Below, in pieces: positions 51,215 through 59,349 of a stretch of DNA of 64,000 nucleotides (the stretch's first letter is position 1; every line of letters begins with the position of its first letter). This DNA is from a virus: the IMG/VR virus record IMGVR_UViG_3300037095_000059; one strand, written 5' to 3'. The notes under the pieces were generated by a model. That model was not told the DNA's origin, searched no databases, and worked only from the letters and a program-made list of their open reading frames with translations. The position numbers were made by a program, and so were the translations under genes.

Positions 51215-51293
51215 TGGTGCGGGCGGCTGGATTCGAACCAGCAGGAACCGGGTTTTTAGGACCCAGATGTCTTCCTAGTTGCATCACGCCCGC
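51215..51293 (-). tRNA. tRNA with UAA (Leu) anticodon, short variable region
   Basis: 79 nt. Acceptor GCGGGCG/CGCCCGC, T-arm GCTGG-TTCGAAT-CCAGC, arm TGGGT-CCTAAAA-ACCCG. Confidence 0.65.
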
Positions 51294-51480
51294 ACCGGCT
51301 CAAAACTTGCGTTCAAAACTAAATGGCTGCCGAATGTCGCAAGGCCCCCGAATTCCCCGGCAAGGGCGGTTGTTTTGTACCACGCAGGATTGCCGTCCGG
51401 CGCGTTTTGTCAACCCTTATAACAGCCAAACTGTGTCCACCAAAATTATTGTACTACAGGAGGGTTCGGTTTGTCAAGCC

Positions 51481-52047
51481 CTAAGAAGAGTACAGGTAAG
51501 GAGCCCACCGGGCGTCTTCAGCCAACCCCACAAGCCTCAGCAACATACGGGACGTATGGATCGTCAACCGACCAGGGGTGTGCAGCAGCTTCATGCCCGC
51601 TTCGTCCGGAGTCCGGTCGCCCTTCTTCCGATTGCATTCCCGGCAGCACGCACAAAGGTTATCCCACCAAAAGCCACCCCCGCGAGATTCGGGCAGGATG
51701 TGGTCCAGTGTCAAGACAACTTTACACGGCTTCCCATTTACAATCCGGGTTGAGCCTTCTTTGGCCCCGCAGTATTGACACAAATACCTGTCCCGGGCGT
51801 AGATGTTTGACCGAGTCAGAATCGAAATCCGGATCGGAATTTTTTTGTAGTTCCGCAGCCGGATCACACACGGCAGCAGGATCGGAGGATTCTGTCCATT
51901 TCCCGGATAAACCGCAACCCCGTAGTCTTCTTCCGTGACCGCCGCACCTTTGACCAGGAGCTTGATCGCGTTCTTGGCCCGGCAAATGCTAACTGGTTCG
52001 AACGAGGCATTAAGCACGAGTACGGCTTTGTTAATTAAATTTCCCAC
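51481..52047 (-). CDS. HNH endonuclease (McrA-like small HNH family)
   Basis: AVLVLNASFEPV... and LDHILPESRGG...NLCACCRECNRKKGDRTP. Start placed at GTG 52047 after GAGG; ATG 52143 (the track start) is an alternative. Confidence 0.75.
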   Translation of the reverse strand: MGNLINKAVLVLNASFEPVSICRAKNAIKLLVKGAAVTEEDYGVAVYPGNGQNPPILLPCVIRLRNYKKIPIRISILTRSNIYARDRYLCQYCGAKEGSTRIVNGKPCKVVLTLDHILPESRGGGFWWDNLCACCRECNRKKGDRTPDEAGMKLLHTPGRLTIHTSRMLLRLVGLAEDARWAPYLYSS

Positions 52048-52078
52048 GTTCAAACCTCTCGGTTCTGATCGGCTTCCT

Positions 52079-52342
52079 TCAGGCGCAAGTGTTTGCTTCT
52101 CTGTCCCCGTTTTGGGCGGATTTGCGTGTTGCACATTTTCCATCCTGTGCTTTTAACAGAGCCTCGTAGTCTTCAACAGAAATCCCGAAGTTGTGCATCA
52201 AACTATTACTGCGACTATTTCTTCTTCCCTTTTCAGATTGGTTGTATTCGTGGAAAACAACGCTTCTTTTGGCCCGCATAATTTCGTCGGGAGTCAAATC
52301 AGAAAAATCTGCCGTAAGATACAAAGGTTTGGCTAGAGGCAT
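52079..52342 (-). pseudogene. Endo VII-like N-terminal fragment (truncated)
   Basis: ...FGISVEDYEALLKAQDGKCA parallels FNLTLDQYDAILRKQKGACALCG of 53551..54216. It then leaves that pattern and stops, with the HNH gene beginning in another frame at the break. Confidence 0.45.
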
Positions 52343-52557
52343 TTAGAACCTCTCGCTTTAACTTTGATGGGTTCTCCAAGCACGGCTCCATTGTCTGCTC
52401 GGTCCACATAAAGAAACCCATCTCCTTTAGAATCAAACCAAAGTATCCAACGCGGATTCTTGCAAGCCGGTTCAATCCACCCGAGAATGCCCGAGCCTTC
52501 CTGCTCGTTTGCATACTCCCCTATTTTGACGCCTGATTTTCCTACACCTATTTGCAT
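52333..52557 (-). CDS. hypothetical protein, 74 aa (paralog of the N-terminal half of 52644..53126)
   Basis: Trimmed to ATG 52557 after GAAGGAAAA. MQIGVGKSGVKIGEY...WILWFDSKGDGFLY compares with MQIGKGKQGVNVVEY...WILWFDLKGDAVLY. Confidence 0.5.
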   Translation of the reverse strand: MQIGVGKSGVKIGEYANEQEGSGILGWIEPACKNPRWILWFDSKGDGFLYVDRADNGAVLGEPIKVKARGSKCL

Positions 52558-52643
52558 ATTTTCCTTCTCTGCCTGGTGGTTAATGCTACTCCAGATCAGT
52601 TTCAATAAAGCCATTATACCACAGGTTGTTCCACGTGCAACAA

Positions 52644-53126
52644 TTATTTTTCTGATCTGTCTACCCGATTGACCAGAATGATTGTTTGTGTTCTGCCCAC
52701 AAGGTTCACACACTGTTCGGGGTCTCGACCACCATAATCGTGGCCGTCTCCCTCTTTGCCAAACACAATGTCGCTCGCGTCTCCATCCGGCCACAGGTGT
52801 TTCAGAGTGCCGCCTTTTTTATCGACCTTCAGGGTGAGGTACTCTTCGCCTCTGATCGTCGCCCGGCCTATTTCCATGTTTCCAGTAATGGAGGATTGTG
52901 GCGCTCCGGATACTCTTCGGGTCCGACCTTTTGCTTTGAGCCGGATTGGTTCCCCAACAACAGCCCCGCCAGGTTCGCGCTCTGTGTAAAGAACCGCGTC
53001 CCCTTTTAGGTCAAACCAAAGAATCCATTGAGGGTTATCACACGTGGGTTCGATGTATCCGAGGGGGTCCTCGTGCGGCCCGTATTCAACTACGTTTACG
53101 CCTTGCTTGCCTTTTCCTATTTGCAT
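52644..53126 (-). CDS. hypothetical protein, 160 aa
   Basis: Track ORF. GGAAGGAAAACA RBS. Confidence 0.55.
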   Translation of the reverse strand: MQIGKGKQGVNVVEYGPHEDPLGYIEPTCDNPQWILWFDLKGDAVLYTEREPGGAVVGEPIRLKAKGRTRRVSGAPQSSITGNMEIGRATIRGEEYLTLKVDKKGGTLKHLWPDGDASDIVFGKEGDGHDYGGRDPEQCVNLVGRTQTIILVNRVDRSEK

Positions 53127-53184
53127 TGTTTTCCTTCCGTCTCGTAGTGGTCGTTGTTACTCTACGAAGACTGTACAACACTTT

Positions 53185-53198
53185 GTCCATTTCCGGAC
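53185..53198. repeat. motif variant (14 nt)
   Basis: GTCCATTTCCGGAC; intergenic. Confidence 0.6.
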
Positions 53199-53200
53199 GA

Positions 53201-53554
53201 CTACCACAACCCGTTGAAAGCCCCGAGGGCCGCCAACTGCTTCATACGTTTTTGGAACTTGCGCCCGTGCGCTTGTTCCTCGGGAACCTTCCACTGTTGT
53301 ACGTGGACCATCTCGTGGATTAAAGTCCCAATCCAAATCCGGGATTGCTTTCGGTACAGGGGGTTGAGACTAATCCGGATAGGTCGTCCCGTTTCGTGGT
53401 CGGACCAAGTACTCCCCAAGATCATTCTGGCTCTTCCTCCCGCAAATGATCTTTTGTCGAAGCCGACGCGAAGGTCTTTGGGAAGTCTTCCCCCGAAGTA
53501 CCGGGAGTTTAGAAGGTGGTACAGTTCTTTGGGGGTCGGCGGTTTTTCCTTCAC
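53201..53554 (-). CDS. SprT-like zinc metallopeptidase-domain protein, 117 aa
   Basis: LNSRYFGGRLP...LIHEMVHV...HGRKF is the SprT pattern. Confidence 0.65.
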   Translation of the reverse strand: MKEKPPTPKELYHLLNSRYFGGRLPKDLRVGFDKRSFAGGRARMILGSTWSDHETGRPIRISLNPLYRKQSRIWIGTLIHEMVHVQQWKVPEEQAHGRKFQKRMKQLAALGAFNGLW

Positions 53555-54216
53555 AGGCTTCTTTTGCCCCCACGAGGATTCATTCGGACCCCGGCTTGCT
53601 TAAGCCGTCTTGAAATGGTCTCTCGGGTGGTTCCAAAGAGTTTCCCTATCTCTTTCGCCGACAAACCGCGACCGGAATCGTACAATTCAATGATCTTTGG
53701 AAGGGGGAGTTCTAATCGTCCGTAGCCGCCCATTGGCAAGGGCTTCGGTCTGTTTTGGTTCTCGACAACCTCTTCCGTTCCCCAAGGCACAAAAAAGGGA
53801 ACAGAAGCCTCTTCGACATAGTTCGCTGCTTTTCTGAGAAGAGTCGAGTCGTCGTGAAGCTGCCCGATTCCACGGTTACATAAATCGCAAAGCAACCCGC
53901 GTACCTGCCCCGTGATATGATCGTGGTCCACGGCTAAGCTTTTACCAGACCGATGGGTGTCCGATCCAGAAGGAACAAACCCACACAAGGCGCAAGCTCC
54001 CTTCTGTTTTCTCAGTATTGCGTCGTATTGATCCAGGGTAAGATTAAAATTATCCCGGAGTTTAATCTTTCTTGAACTATGCCGAGCCCTTGCTTTCACT
54101 TCTTCGGGGTGGGTTGCCCTGTATATTTCTCCTCGAATCTTGCTCCGGAGTTTTTTCTGTTCTTCTTTTGGCAGAAGTTCGATACCCTCGATACGGTGTT
54201 TTATTGGGACACCCAC
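53551..54216 (-). CDS. recombination endonuclease VII-family nuclease with C-terminal HTH
   Basis: GACALCG...LAVDHDHITGQVRGLLCDLCN, plus IIELYDSGRGLSAKEIGKLFGTTRETISRRLK. GTG start after GAGGAG. Confidence 0.8.
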   Translation of the reverse strand: MGVPIKHRIEGIELLPKEEQKKLRSKIRGEIYRATHPEEVKARARHSSRKIKLRDNFNLTLDQYDAILRKQKGACALCGFVPSGSDTHRSGKSLAVDHDHITGQVRGLLCDLCNRGIGQLHDDSTLLRKAANYVEEASVPFFVPWGTEEVVENQNRPKPLPMGGYGRLELPLPKIIELYDSGRGLSAKEIGKLFGTTRETISRRLKQAGVRMNPRGGKRSL

Positions 54217-54228
54217 GCAACACTCTCC

Positions 54229-54549
54229 TCAGCGGTCAACAAGATAGTCAATAAGACTTGGATTTTCTTGCAATACTTGGAGGAGAACAGGAGACACGGC
54301 TAACACAAACTCCTCATCATCCAACTTTCCTCCCATCACTACAGTAGGATGCGTACAAGCATGGAGGCACTCGTGCAACAAAATTTCACGGGCTTTGGAC
54401 TTCCGTAGTCTCGCTCTTACACAAATCTGAAGATCATTTGTCGAGCAATGACCGAGGTCATTAGGCATGAAAGAGGCGGGTTTTCGGAGAATAGTATAAA
54501 CGTGGGGCCCCACCCTAACACTGCTCGGCATTGGAACGGGCTTGGGCAT
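54229..54549 (-). CDS. small HExxH (HECLH) protein, 106 aa
   Basis: Track ORF. ILLHECLHA motif only. Confidence 0.45.
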   Translation of the reverse strand: MPKPVPMPSSVRVGPHVYTILRKPASFMPNDLGHCSTNDLQICVRARLRKSKAREILLHECLHACTHPTVVMGGKLDDEEFVLAVSPVLLQVLQENPSLIDYLVDR

Positions 54550-54604
54550 CAGTCTCCTACTCGCTAAAACAACGTCCCAAGAAAAAGGCCACCCAGAACA
54601 CCGG

Positions 54605-54721
54605 CTACATCAAAGCCCAGAGAGCGGAGGAAAACCATAAACACCTAACGCCGTCCGTCATCACAGAGAAGGACACGGCACAACCGGCGGCATAAACAAT
54701 CAACAGGGAGATTAAGAGCAT
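54605..54721 (-). CDS. small hydrophobic peptide, 38 aa, downstream of the lysin
   Basis: MLLISLLIVYAAGCAVSFSVMTDGVRCLWFSSALWALM. ATG lies 2 nt after the lysin stop. Confidence 0.35.
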   Translation of the reverse strand: MLLISLLIVYAAGCAVSFSVMTDGVRCLWFSSALWALM

Positions 54722-54723
54722 AA

Positions 54724-55218
54724 CTACTCCGGCATCGGAACTTGGTAGTTGGCCGTCAGCTTTTGGACGTAGGAAGCGACACCGGGGGAAAGATTCACCA
54801 TCGGATGTCCGGCGTTCCAGCACTCCCCAATTCCGGCCAGGCTTGAAGGCTTCCACCGAGCCAAAAGGTGGTTCAGGAACCCGACCGTGGCCGAAGCGCA
54901 TTTCCCGAGATCGGACATATCCTTGGGCGAGAACCCGGGAGGGCAATTAGGAAACATTATCTGCCAGGGACCGTAAGAGCACGCTGCGGCAGAGCCGTAC
55001 TTCTTCAGGAGGGGGGCCATTACCGGACCGGAGCCATAAACACCCCCCGAGTCGAAGGCCGGTTCGTGCCGGGGAACGCAATTAACACCAAAGCTCGACT
55101 CGTTCCCGCTCATAGCCCATAGTAGTTGGGTTCCGTCAACACCGGGAGGCAGTCCGAGTAGTTTGGGACCCGATACCCGGCATTGGTCTGCGATCTGTTG
55201 GGGGGTAAAATTAGTCAC
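54724..55218 (-). CDS. lytic transglycosylase-like endolysin candidate, 164 aa
   Basis: MSGNESSFG (catalytic E-S) and SYGPWQIM resemble SLT-domain motifs. Confidence 0.55.
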   Translation of the reverse strand: MTNFTPQQIADQCRVSGPKLLGLPPGVDGTQLLWAMSGNESSFGVNCVPRHEPAFDSGGVYGSGPVMAPLLKKYGSAAACSYGPWQIMFPNCPPGFSPKDMSDLGKCASATVGFLNHLLARWKPSSLAGIGECWNAGHPMVNLSPGVASYVQKLTANYQVPMPE

Positions 55219-55275
55219 GCAGGTTTCCTCGGGGTTGGGTGTTGGTTATTTAATCAACATTTGCTTTTGGTTTGG

Positions 55276-55297
55276 AAAAAGCCCCCCAAGGGGCCCC
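55276..55297 (-). terminator. possible intrinsic terminator (minus strand)
   Basis: Minus strand reads GCCCC-TTGG-GGGGC followed by TTTTT. Confidence 0.35.
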
Positions 55298-55512
55298 AAA
55301 GTACCAAGCCGGTTTTTGGGAGACCCCTTTTCAATTCTAAAGGGGTTATGAACCGAGAGGATTTGAAACTGTTTACTACTTAATCAACTTTTCTCCTCAA
55401 AACAGAATCTGAGAAGAAGGAAGGGGGTTTACTAGGTCACGTAGCCTCCCCACGGCACCCCTAAGGGGGCAAGGCCACCCCCACCTAAAAACCACTCAGG
55501 GTCCCCTCTATC

Positions 55513-55525
55513 CTATTGATTCTAA
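55513..55525 (+). repeat. 13-bp direct repeat CTATTGATTCTAA, copy 1
   Basis: Identical to 55610..55622. Lies in the divergent non-coding region. Confidence 0.8.
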
Positions 55526-55609
55526 ACACTCTAGTCTCAGTCGCGCTGTACTGTGCTGCGCCGTTCTTCGCTCTGTCTTGTCTCGTCTACGGCACAGTCT
55601 GGCTGTAAG

Positions 55610-55622
55610 CTATTGATTCTAA
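55610..55622 (+). repeat. 13-bp direct repeat CTATTGATTCTAA, copy 2
   Basis: Identical to 55513..55525. Confidence 0.8.
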
Positions 55623-55745
55623 TACTTGATTAGCTAACGATCATTAGTAATGGGCAGGTTTCACTACGATCTGCTCGCTGGTCAGGCGCTTCCAATGTAA
55701 AGCTGGCTTGCCATGTAACCACCATACATCGACTCAGGCAGCAAT

Positions 55746-55943
55746 CTACCTAGTACCTAGAGCCGCTTCAACCGTACCAGACAGCTTAGGCGCAACCCTG
55801 CGCGGCTTGGGCTTAACTCGTTTGATTCCAACCAGTTGCCGTGTGGCGTCTAATCTCTCTTGCACAGTTGCGTTCTTATCCTCAGCTATAGCGACTAGCA
55901 CCCGTTCAATACGTTTGGTGAATGACAGAGAATGTGCGGGCAT
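55746..55943 (-). CDS. possible small protein, 65 aa
   Basis: Track ORF in an otherwise non-coding region. No convincing RBS. Confidence 0.3.
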   Translation of the reverse strand: MPAHSLSFTKRIERVLVAIAEDKNATVQERLDATRQLVGIKRVKPKPRRVAPKLSGTVEAALGTR

Positions 55944-56086
55944 GACCTATGTGCTTTGCTATGAGATTACGAGGCCAGTGTGACTATTGCAGTCAGGCGT
56001 AGAAAACTGGCAGCGCGGTGTGCGCTTTGCGCGTATGCTGGCCTCTACTCGCTATAGATAACGATTGACGATACAATGGGCGATCC

Positions 56087-56101
56087 GTCCATTACCCGGA
56101 C
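56087..56101. repeat. 15-bp motif copy
   Basis: GTCCATTACCCGGAC; at the start of the rightward gene block. Confidence 0.9.
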
Positions 56102-56236
56102 AAATGAAAATAAATTACGACCGCATATTCATTGGCTGGATTGAGTTTTGCACAGCCTGACCGCTTGACACGTCTCGGTAATAAGCGCAGTCTCGAATAT
56201 GTAAGCAGTTGAGCAGCACAACAGGGAGACAAGACA

Positions 56237-56449
56237 ATGGGTGACAATGCAGCGGTATTACAAGGATTCACGCGGGAAGTGGTTGCTTCCAATGCAGCGA
56301 TGGACCTGTTCTTGCTCGTCAAGCCGGGTACCGACTTTGATGATGCGTTCCGGGCTTGGGATGCAGACGGGCAGGAATTTATCCGCGTCAATGGCTGGCT
56401 GTTCTCAGTTGAGGATACAGCAGCATCTTCACGGCATTTTAATTCATAG
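56237..56449 (+). CDS. hypothetical protein, 70 aa
   Basis: Track ORF. GGGAGACAAGACA RBS. Confidence 0.55.
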   Translation: MGDNAAVLQGFTREVVASNAAMDLFLLVKPGTDFDDAFRAWDADGQEFIRVNGWLFSVEDTAASSRHFNS

Positions 56450-56464
56450 GAAAGGGGTTACACC

Positions 56465-56719
56465 ATGTATCGCATCTACACTGAGGACGTGAACAGACAG
56501 GACGTTTACGCTACCCTCGATTCTCACGTCTCAGGTTACACTGTTCTGGAAACCATCGGCTCGTGGAAAGGGCAGCGGGAAGATTCTCTAATCATTGAAC
56601 TGTTGGACGTTCCGGCCTCTACAGTCACGGCAATAGCTCGAACGATCAGAGCGCACAACAAGCAAGAATCTGTGCTGGTCGTGGTCGTGCCGGAATCCCA
56701 TGTTTTTATCACTGACTGA
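56465..56719 (+). CDS. hypothetical protein, 84 aa
   Basis: Track ORF. AGGAAAGGGG RBS. Confidence 0.6.
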   Translation: MYRIYTEDVNRQDVYATLDSHVSGYTVLETIGSWKGQREDSLIIELLDVPASTVTAIARTIRAHNKQESVLVVVVPESHVFITD

Positions 56720-56851
56720 TCTTCGCGGGCTGGCCGGTCCCGGTAAACTGGCCATTCATACGGACTTATGAAGAGGGCATGGCCGTTGGAATGAAGATCG
56801 CGGCAGCGGGCGGCAACGGCACTTTGGGCGCTATCTTCCGCTAGTAAACCT

Positions 56852-56866
56852 GTCCAGATAATGGAC
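56852..56866. repeat. 15-bp motif copy
   Basis: GTCCAGATAATGGAC; intergenic. Confidence 0.9.
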
Positions 56867-56945
56867 AATCGCAGAGTGAGGCACGGCGCAGCGTGCCTTT
56901 AATGCGGCGGTATCGTTTCAAGCCGATACGCATAGAAAGGGAGCT

Positions 56946-57587
56946 ATGAATCAACCCATCACCACGGCGGAGTATATCACACTGCAAACGGCTTACGACT
57001 TCTTCAATCAGGAGCTATTTGCCGGGAAGTTGCCGCAATGCCTGATTACCTTGCAGCGCAAGAAAGGCGCAAGGGGTTATTTTAGCCCGGACAGATTCTC
57101 AGGTCGCGGCTTCGAGGGCAAGGCGCACGAATTGGCCCTGAATCCAGATTGTTTCGTGGACCGCACGGATGAAGAGATTCTTTCCACTCTGGTACACGAG
57201 CAAGCGCACGTTTGGCAGCAGGAGTCAGGCAAGCCCGCCCGCAAGGGCTATCATAACAAGGAGTGGGCCTCGAAGATGAAGGATGTGGGCCTCTATCCCT
57301 CGGATACGGCGCAACCTGACGGCAAGGAAACCGGCCAGAAAGTGTCGCACTACATCATCGAGGGAGGCGTTTTCTCTCTGGCCTGGGCCAAACTTGCCAA
57401 GACGGGAATCAAGCTGTCCTGGGAATCCAAAGGCAAGGCAATAGTCCGCACGGCGAAAGCCGAGAGTAAGGTCAAGTACACTTGCCCCAATTGCGAAGCG
57501 AACGCCTGGGCCAAACCGGAAGCTAACCTGCTTTGCGGCGCTTGCTCCTCCGAAGACGGCGGGCTAGTCGATATGATCGCGGCCTGA
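56946..57587 (+). CDS. SprT-like zinc metallopeptidase with C-terminal zinc ribbon, 213 aa
   Basis: FFNQELFAGKLP...LVHEQAHVWQ...HNKEW, then CPNC...CGAC. Confidence 0.75.
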   Translation: MNQPITTAEYITLQTAYDFFNQELFAGKLPQCLITLQRKKGARGYFSPDRFSGRGFEGKAHELALNPDCFVDRTDEEILSTLVHEQAHVWQQESGKPARKGYHNKEWASKMKDVGLYPSDTAQPDGKETGQKVSHYIIEGGVFSLAWAKLAKTGIKLSWESKGKAIVRTAKAESKVKYTCPNCEANAWAKPEANLLCGACSSEDGGLVDMIAA

Positions 57588-57593
57588 TTGCAA

Positions 57594-57613
57594 GTTGTTT
57601 CGTACCATACAAA
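57594..57613 (+). repeat. 20-bp repeat GTTGTTTCGTACCATACAAA, copy 1
   Basis: Identical to 60889..60908. Both copies follow a stop codon. Confidence 0.8.
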
Positions 57614-57694
57614 CCGCGCCTATCCGATGGTAGGCAAACGGGAAAGGCTCTCAGGTCACAGATAGTGACTGGCAAGAGAGCAGAAAGGGAGAAA

Positions 57695-57868
57695 ATGAGC
57701 AAGACAAGGCTAGTGGTAATCATCCGGCAGCACGGTTTCAGAGCGTGGATTTCAAACGGTCACATCTTCGCCGAGGATGTAGTTTACGACCGGGCGGGCG
57801 GCAAGCACCTGGCCGCCGTGGAACTCTGGCCGTCCATCAAGGCAGTCAAGGCTTTTCTCGGATACTAA
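57695..57868 (+). CDS. hypothetical protein, 57 aa
   Basis: Track ORF trimmed to the ATG after AAAGGGAGAAA. Confidence 0.5.
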   Translation: MSKTRLVVIIRQHGFRAWISNGHIFAEDVVYDRAGGKHLAAVELWPSIKAVKAFLGY

Positions 57869-57895
57869 CTTCAACCAGAATCGAGGCGCAAGACA

Positions 57896-58072
57896 ATGAC
57901 AGTGCAGGAGTTGATTGACAAGCTAAACACAATGCCCGCAGAATTACGGAGTGCTGAGGTTGTAGTTCAAACCGAAAATGACTACGGCGGCGCGGAGTCG
58001 ATAACGGCAAAGTGCGGAGAAAATCAGTTCTGGTGGGCGCCCGCACAAGTTATTATCTCCGCACGATACTAG
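57896..58072 (+). CDS. hypothetical protein, 58 aa
   Basis: Not in the track. The ATG follows GAGGCGCAAGACA. MTVQELIDKLNTMPAELRS... Confidence 0.5.
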   Translation: MTVQELIDKLNTMPAELRSAEVVVQTENDYGGAESITAKCGENQFWWAPAQVIISARY

Positions 58073-58086
58073 TCCAGGTAATGGAC
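58072..58086. repeat. 15-bp motif copy
   Basis: GTCCAGGTAATGGAC; abuts the preceding stop codon. Confidence 0.9.
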
Positions 58087-58168
58087 TTCCACAACCAGCA
58101 CTTGACACGTTTGATCGTTAGGTGTAACGTCAATCAAGATGTATCACGGCGCAAGGGGGCGCAAGAAA

Positions 58169-58327
58169 ATGTCAGACACTCGGATTGTAAACGCAATAGC
58201 GGCGAGAATTGCCGGAGTTTTCGATGATCGTGACTTGCGAGAACTAGGGCCACTTTTCCCTGACCGCATGGAGGATATTGCAAGGCTGCTCTCCATGCGA
58301 ACCTCACGACGCAAGATCAAGACGTAA
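58169..58327 (+). CDS. hypothetical protein, 52 aa
   Basis: Track ORF trimmed to the ATG after AAGGGGGCGCAAGAAA. Confidence 0.45.
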   Translation: MSDTRIVNAIAARIAGVFDDRDLRELGPLFPDRMEDIARLLSMRTSRRKIKT

Positions 58328-58402
58328 CCGGCCTCAAGGCCGTAACGCACCTTTGCCCTATCTCAAGCTAGGGATGAGAAAGCCGGAGAGCGGAGGAACA
58401 AA

Positions 58403-58672
58403 GTGAACGATTCAACTGTAAAACTCGCGGGGCTTGCTGGTCTGGTAGTCTTCGCTATACTCGTTCGACTGGCTTATGCGTGGGCCTCGCGGCGCGATGC
58501 TAGAGCCAGGGCCAGGAGCCGAGACGCTGAACACAACCGGATGGTGGAAGAACTAGCCGCCAGATGGTGGTTTGAAGAGGTCTTGCTCATTCCCGATTCA
58601 CACGAACCACGGCATTACACGGACGCAAACCAGTTTGACATAATGATTATCAACCCGCGTCTACGGTGGTAA
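58403..58672 (+). CDS. membrane protein, 89 aa
   Basis: Track ORF. GTG start after GGAGGAACAAA. Hydrophobic segment LAGLAGLVVFAILVRLAYAWA. Confidence 0.55.
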   Translation: MNDSTVKLAGLAGLVVFAILVRLAYAWASRRDARARARSRDAEHNRMVEELAARWWFEEVLLIPDSHEPRHYTDANQFDIMIINPRLRW

Positions 58673-58675
58673 ACA

Positions 58676-58690
58676 GTCCAGATAACGGAC
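58676..58690. repeat. 15-bp motif copy
   Basis: GTCCAGATAACGGAC; intergenic. Confidence 0.9.
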
Positions 58691-58718
58691 TACCGCGATT
58701 GACCAGAAAAGAGGGGCT

Positions 58719-58907
58719 ATGATTGACGTTGGCCTAAAACTCGCAAGGCGATACGCTCGTGGTGAATGTATTGCTTGCGGCCACAAAGTTTGCTCGTGCA
58801 AGACGAAAGGCAAGCTCCGCAACCATCCAAAGGGCATTGGACGCGCCGAAACAAGAGAGCCGTCTATGACCATAATCCGGCACGAAGCCGGGCAACTGTC
58901 CGGGTAA
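58719..58907 (+). CDS. Cys-rich basic protein, 62 aa
   Basis: Track ORF. AAGAGGGG RBS. Confidence 0.5.
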   Translation: MIDVGLKLARRYARGECIACGHKVCSCKTKGKLRNHPKGIGRAETREPSMTIIRHEAGQLSG

Positions 58908-58912
58908 TGGAC
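58898..58912. repeat. 15-bp motif copy
   Basis: GTCCGGGTAATGGAC; its TAATG is the stop of 58719..58907 and the start of 58907..59275. Confidence 0.9.
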
Positions 58913-59275
58913 TTCTCACTCAGTCTCACGGCGCTCAGGAGGGCGCGAAACATGGACAAGATCAGGGCGCAGCGGGCAATCGAGGGTGTGCTGGCGCAGT
59001 TCGACTTTGAGCCGGTACACGATCACATGTTACGGGTCAACTGGCAGTATTCGTCAGATTCTATGCGGGAACCCTCGGCGGTTCCGGGCATCGACCGGCT
59101 CAAGGATATGGCGCGGGAAGTCCTTCAATCGGCGGTTTACGGGAAGTATTGCACCGAGGGCCACGCTTCCGTTAGGTGCGGCGGGTTTGAGGCCCGGATT
59201 GACAGATGGCCGAACTCTGACACTTTCACGATGGCCCTTTCTTTCGTTCCGTTCCGCACCGAGGAGAGATTCTAG
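58907..59275 (+). CDS. hypothetical protein, 122 aa
   Basis: Track ORF trimmed to the motif-embedded ATG (MDFSLSLTALRR...). Confidence 0.5.
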   Translation: MDFSLSLTALRRARNMDKIRAQRAIEGVLAQFDFEPVHDHMLRVNWQYSSDSMREPSAVPGIDRLKDMAREVLQSAVYGKYCTEGHASVRCGGFEARIDRWPNSDTFTMALSFVPFRTEERF

Positions 59276-59349
59276 CCGGGCGTAAGCCCGTAATGCGCCG
59301 ATGGTCCGTCTCAAGTCGGACAGGTGGAAAGCAGAGAGCGGAGGAAACA

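Noticed and set aside
45035-51293. Stop-codon reassignment implied by the large tRNA set
   Set aside because: All large genes (terminase, portal, the 1018-aa, 994-aa and giant ORFs) are intact under the standard code. Only one ambiguous tRNA could even read a stop.
45035-51293. The tRNA array as a prophage integration site or genomic-island boundary
   Set aside because: No integrase, att-like duplicated tRNA 3-prime end or bacterial housekeeping genes are in the window. The genes on both sides are phage-like.
51324-51362. A minihelix TGCCGGG...TTCGGCA-G-CCA resembling a tRNA acceptor/T minihelix
   Set aside because: It is only 39 nt and has no other tRNA features. It could be a processing signal or chance.
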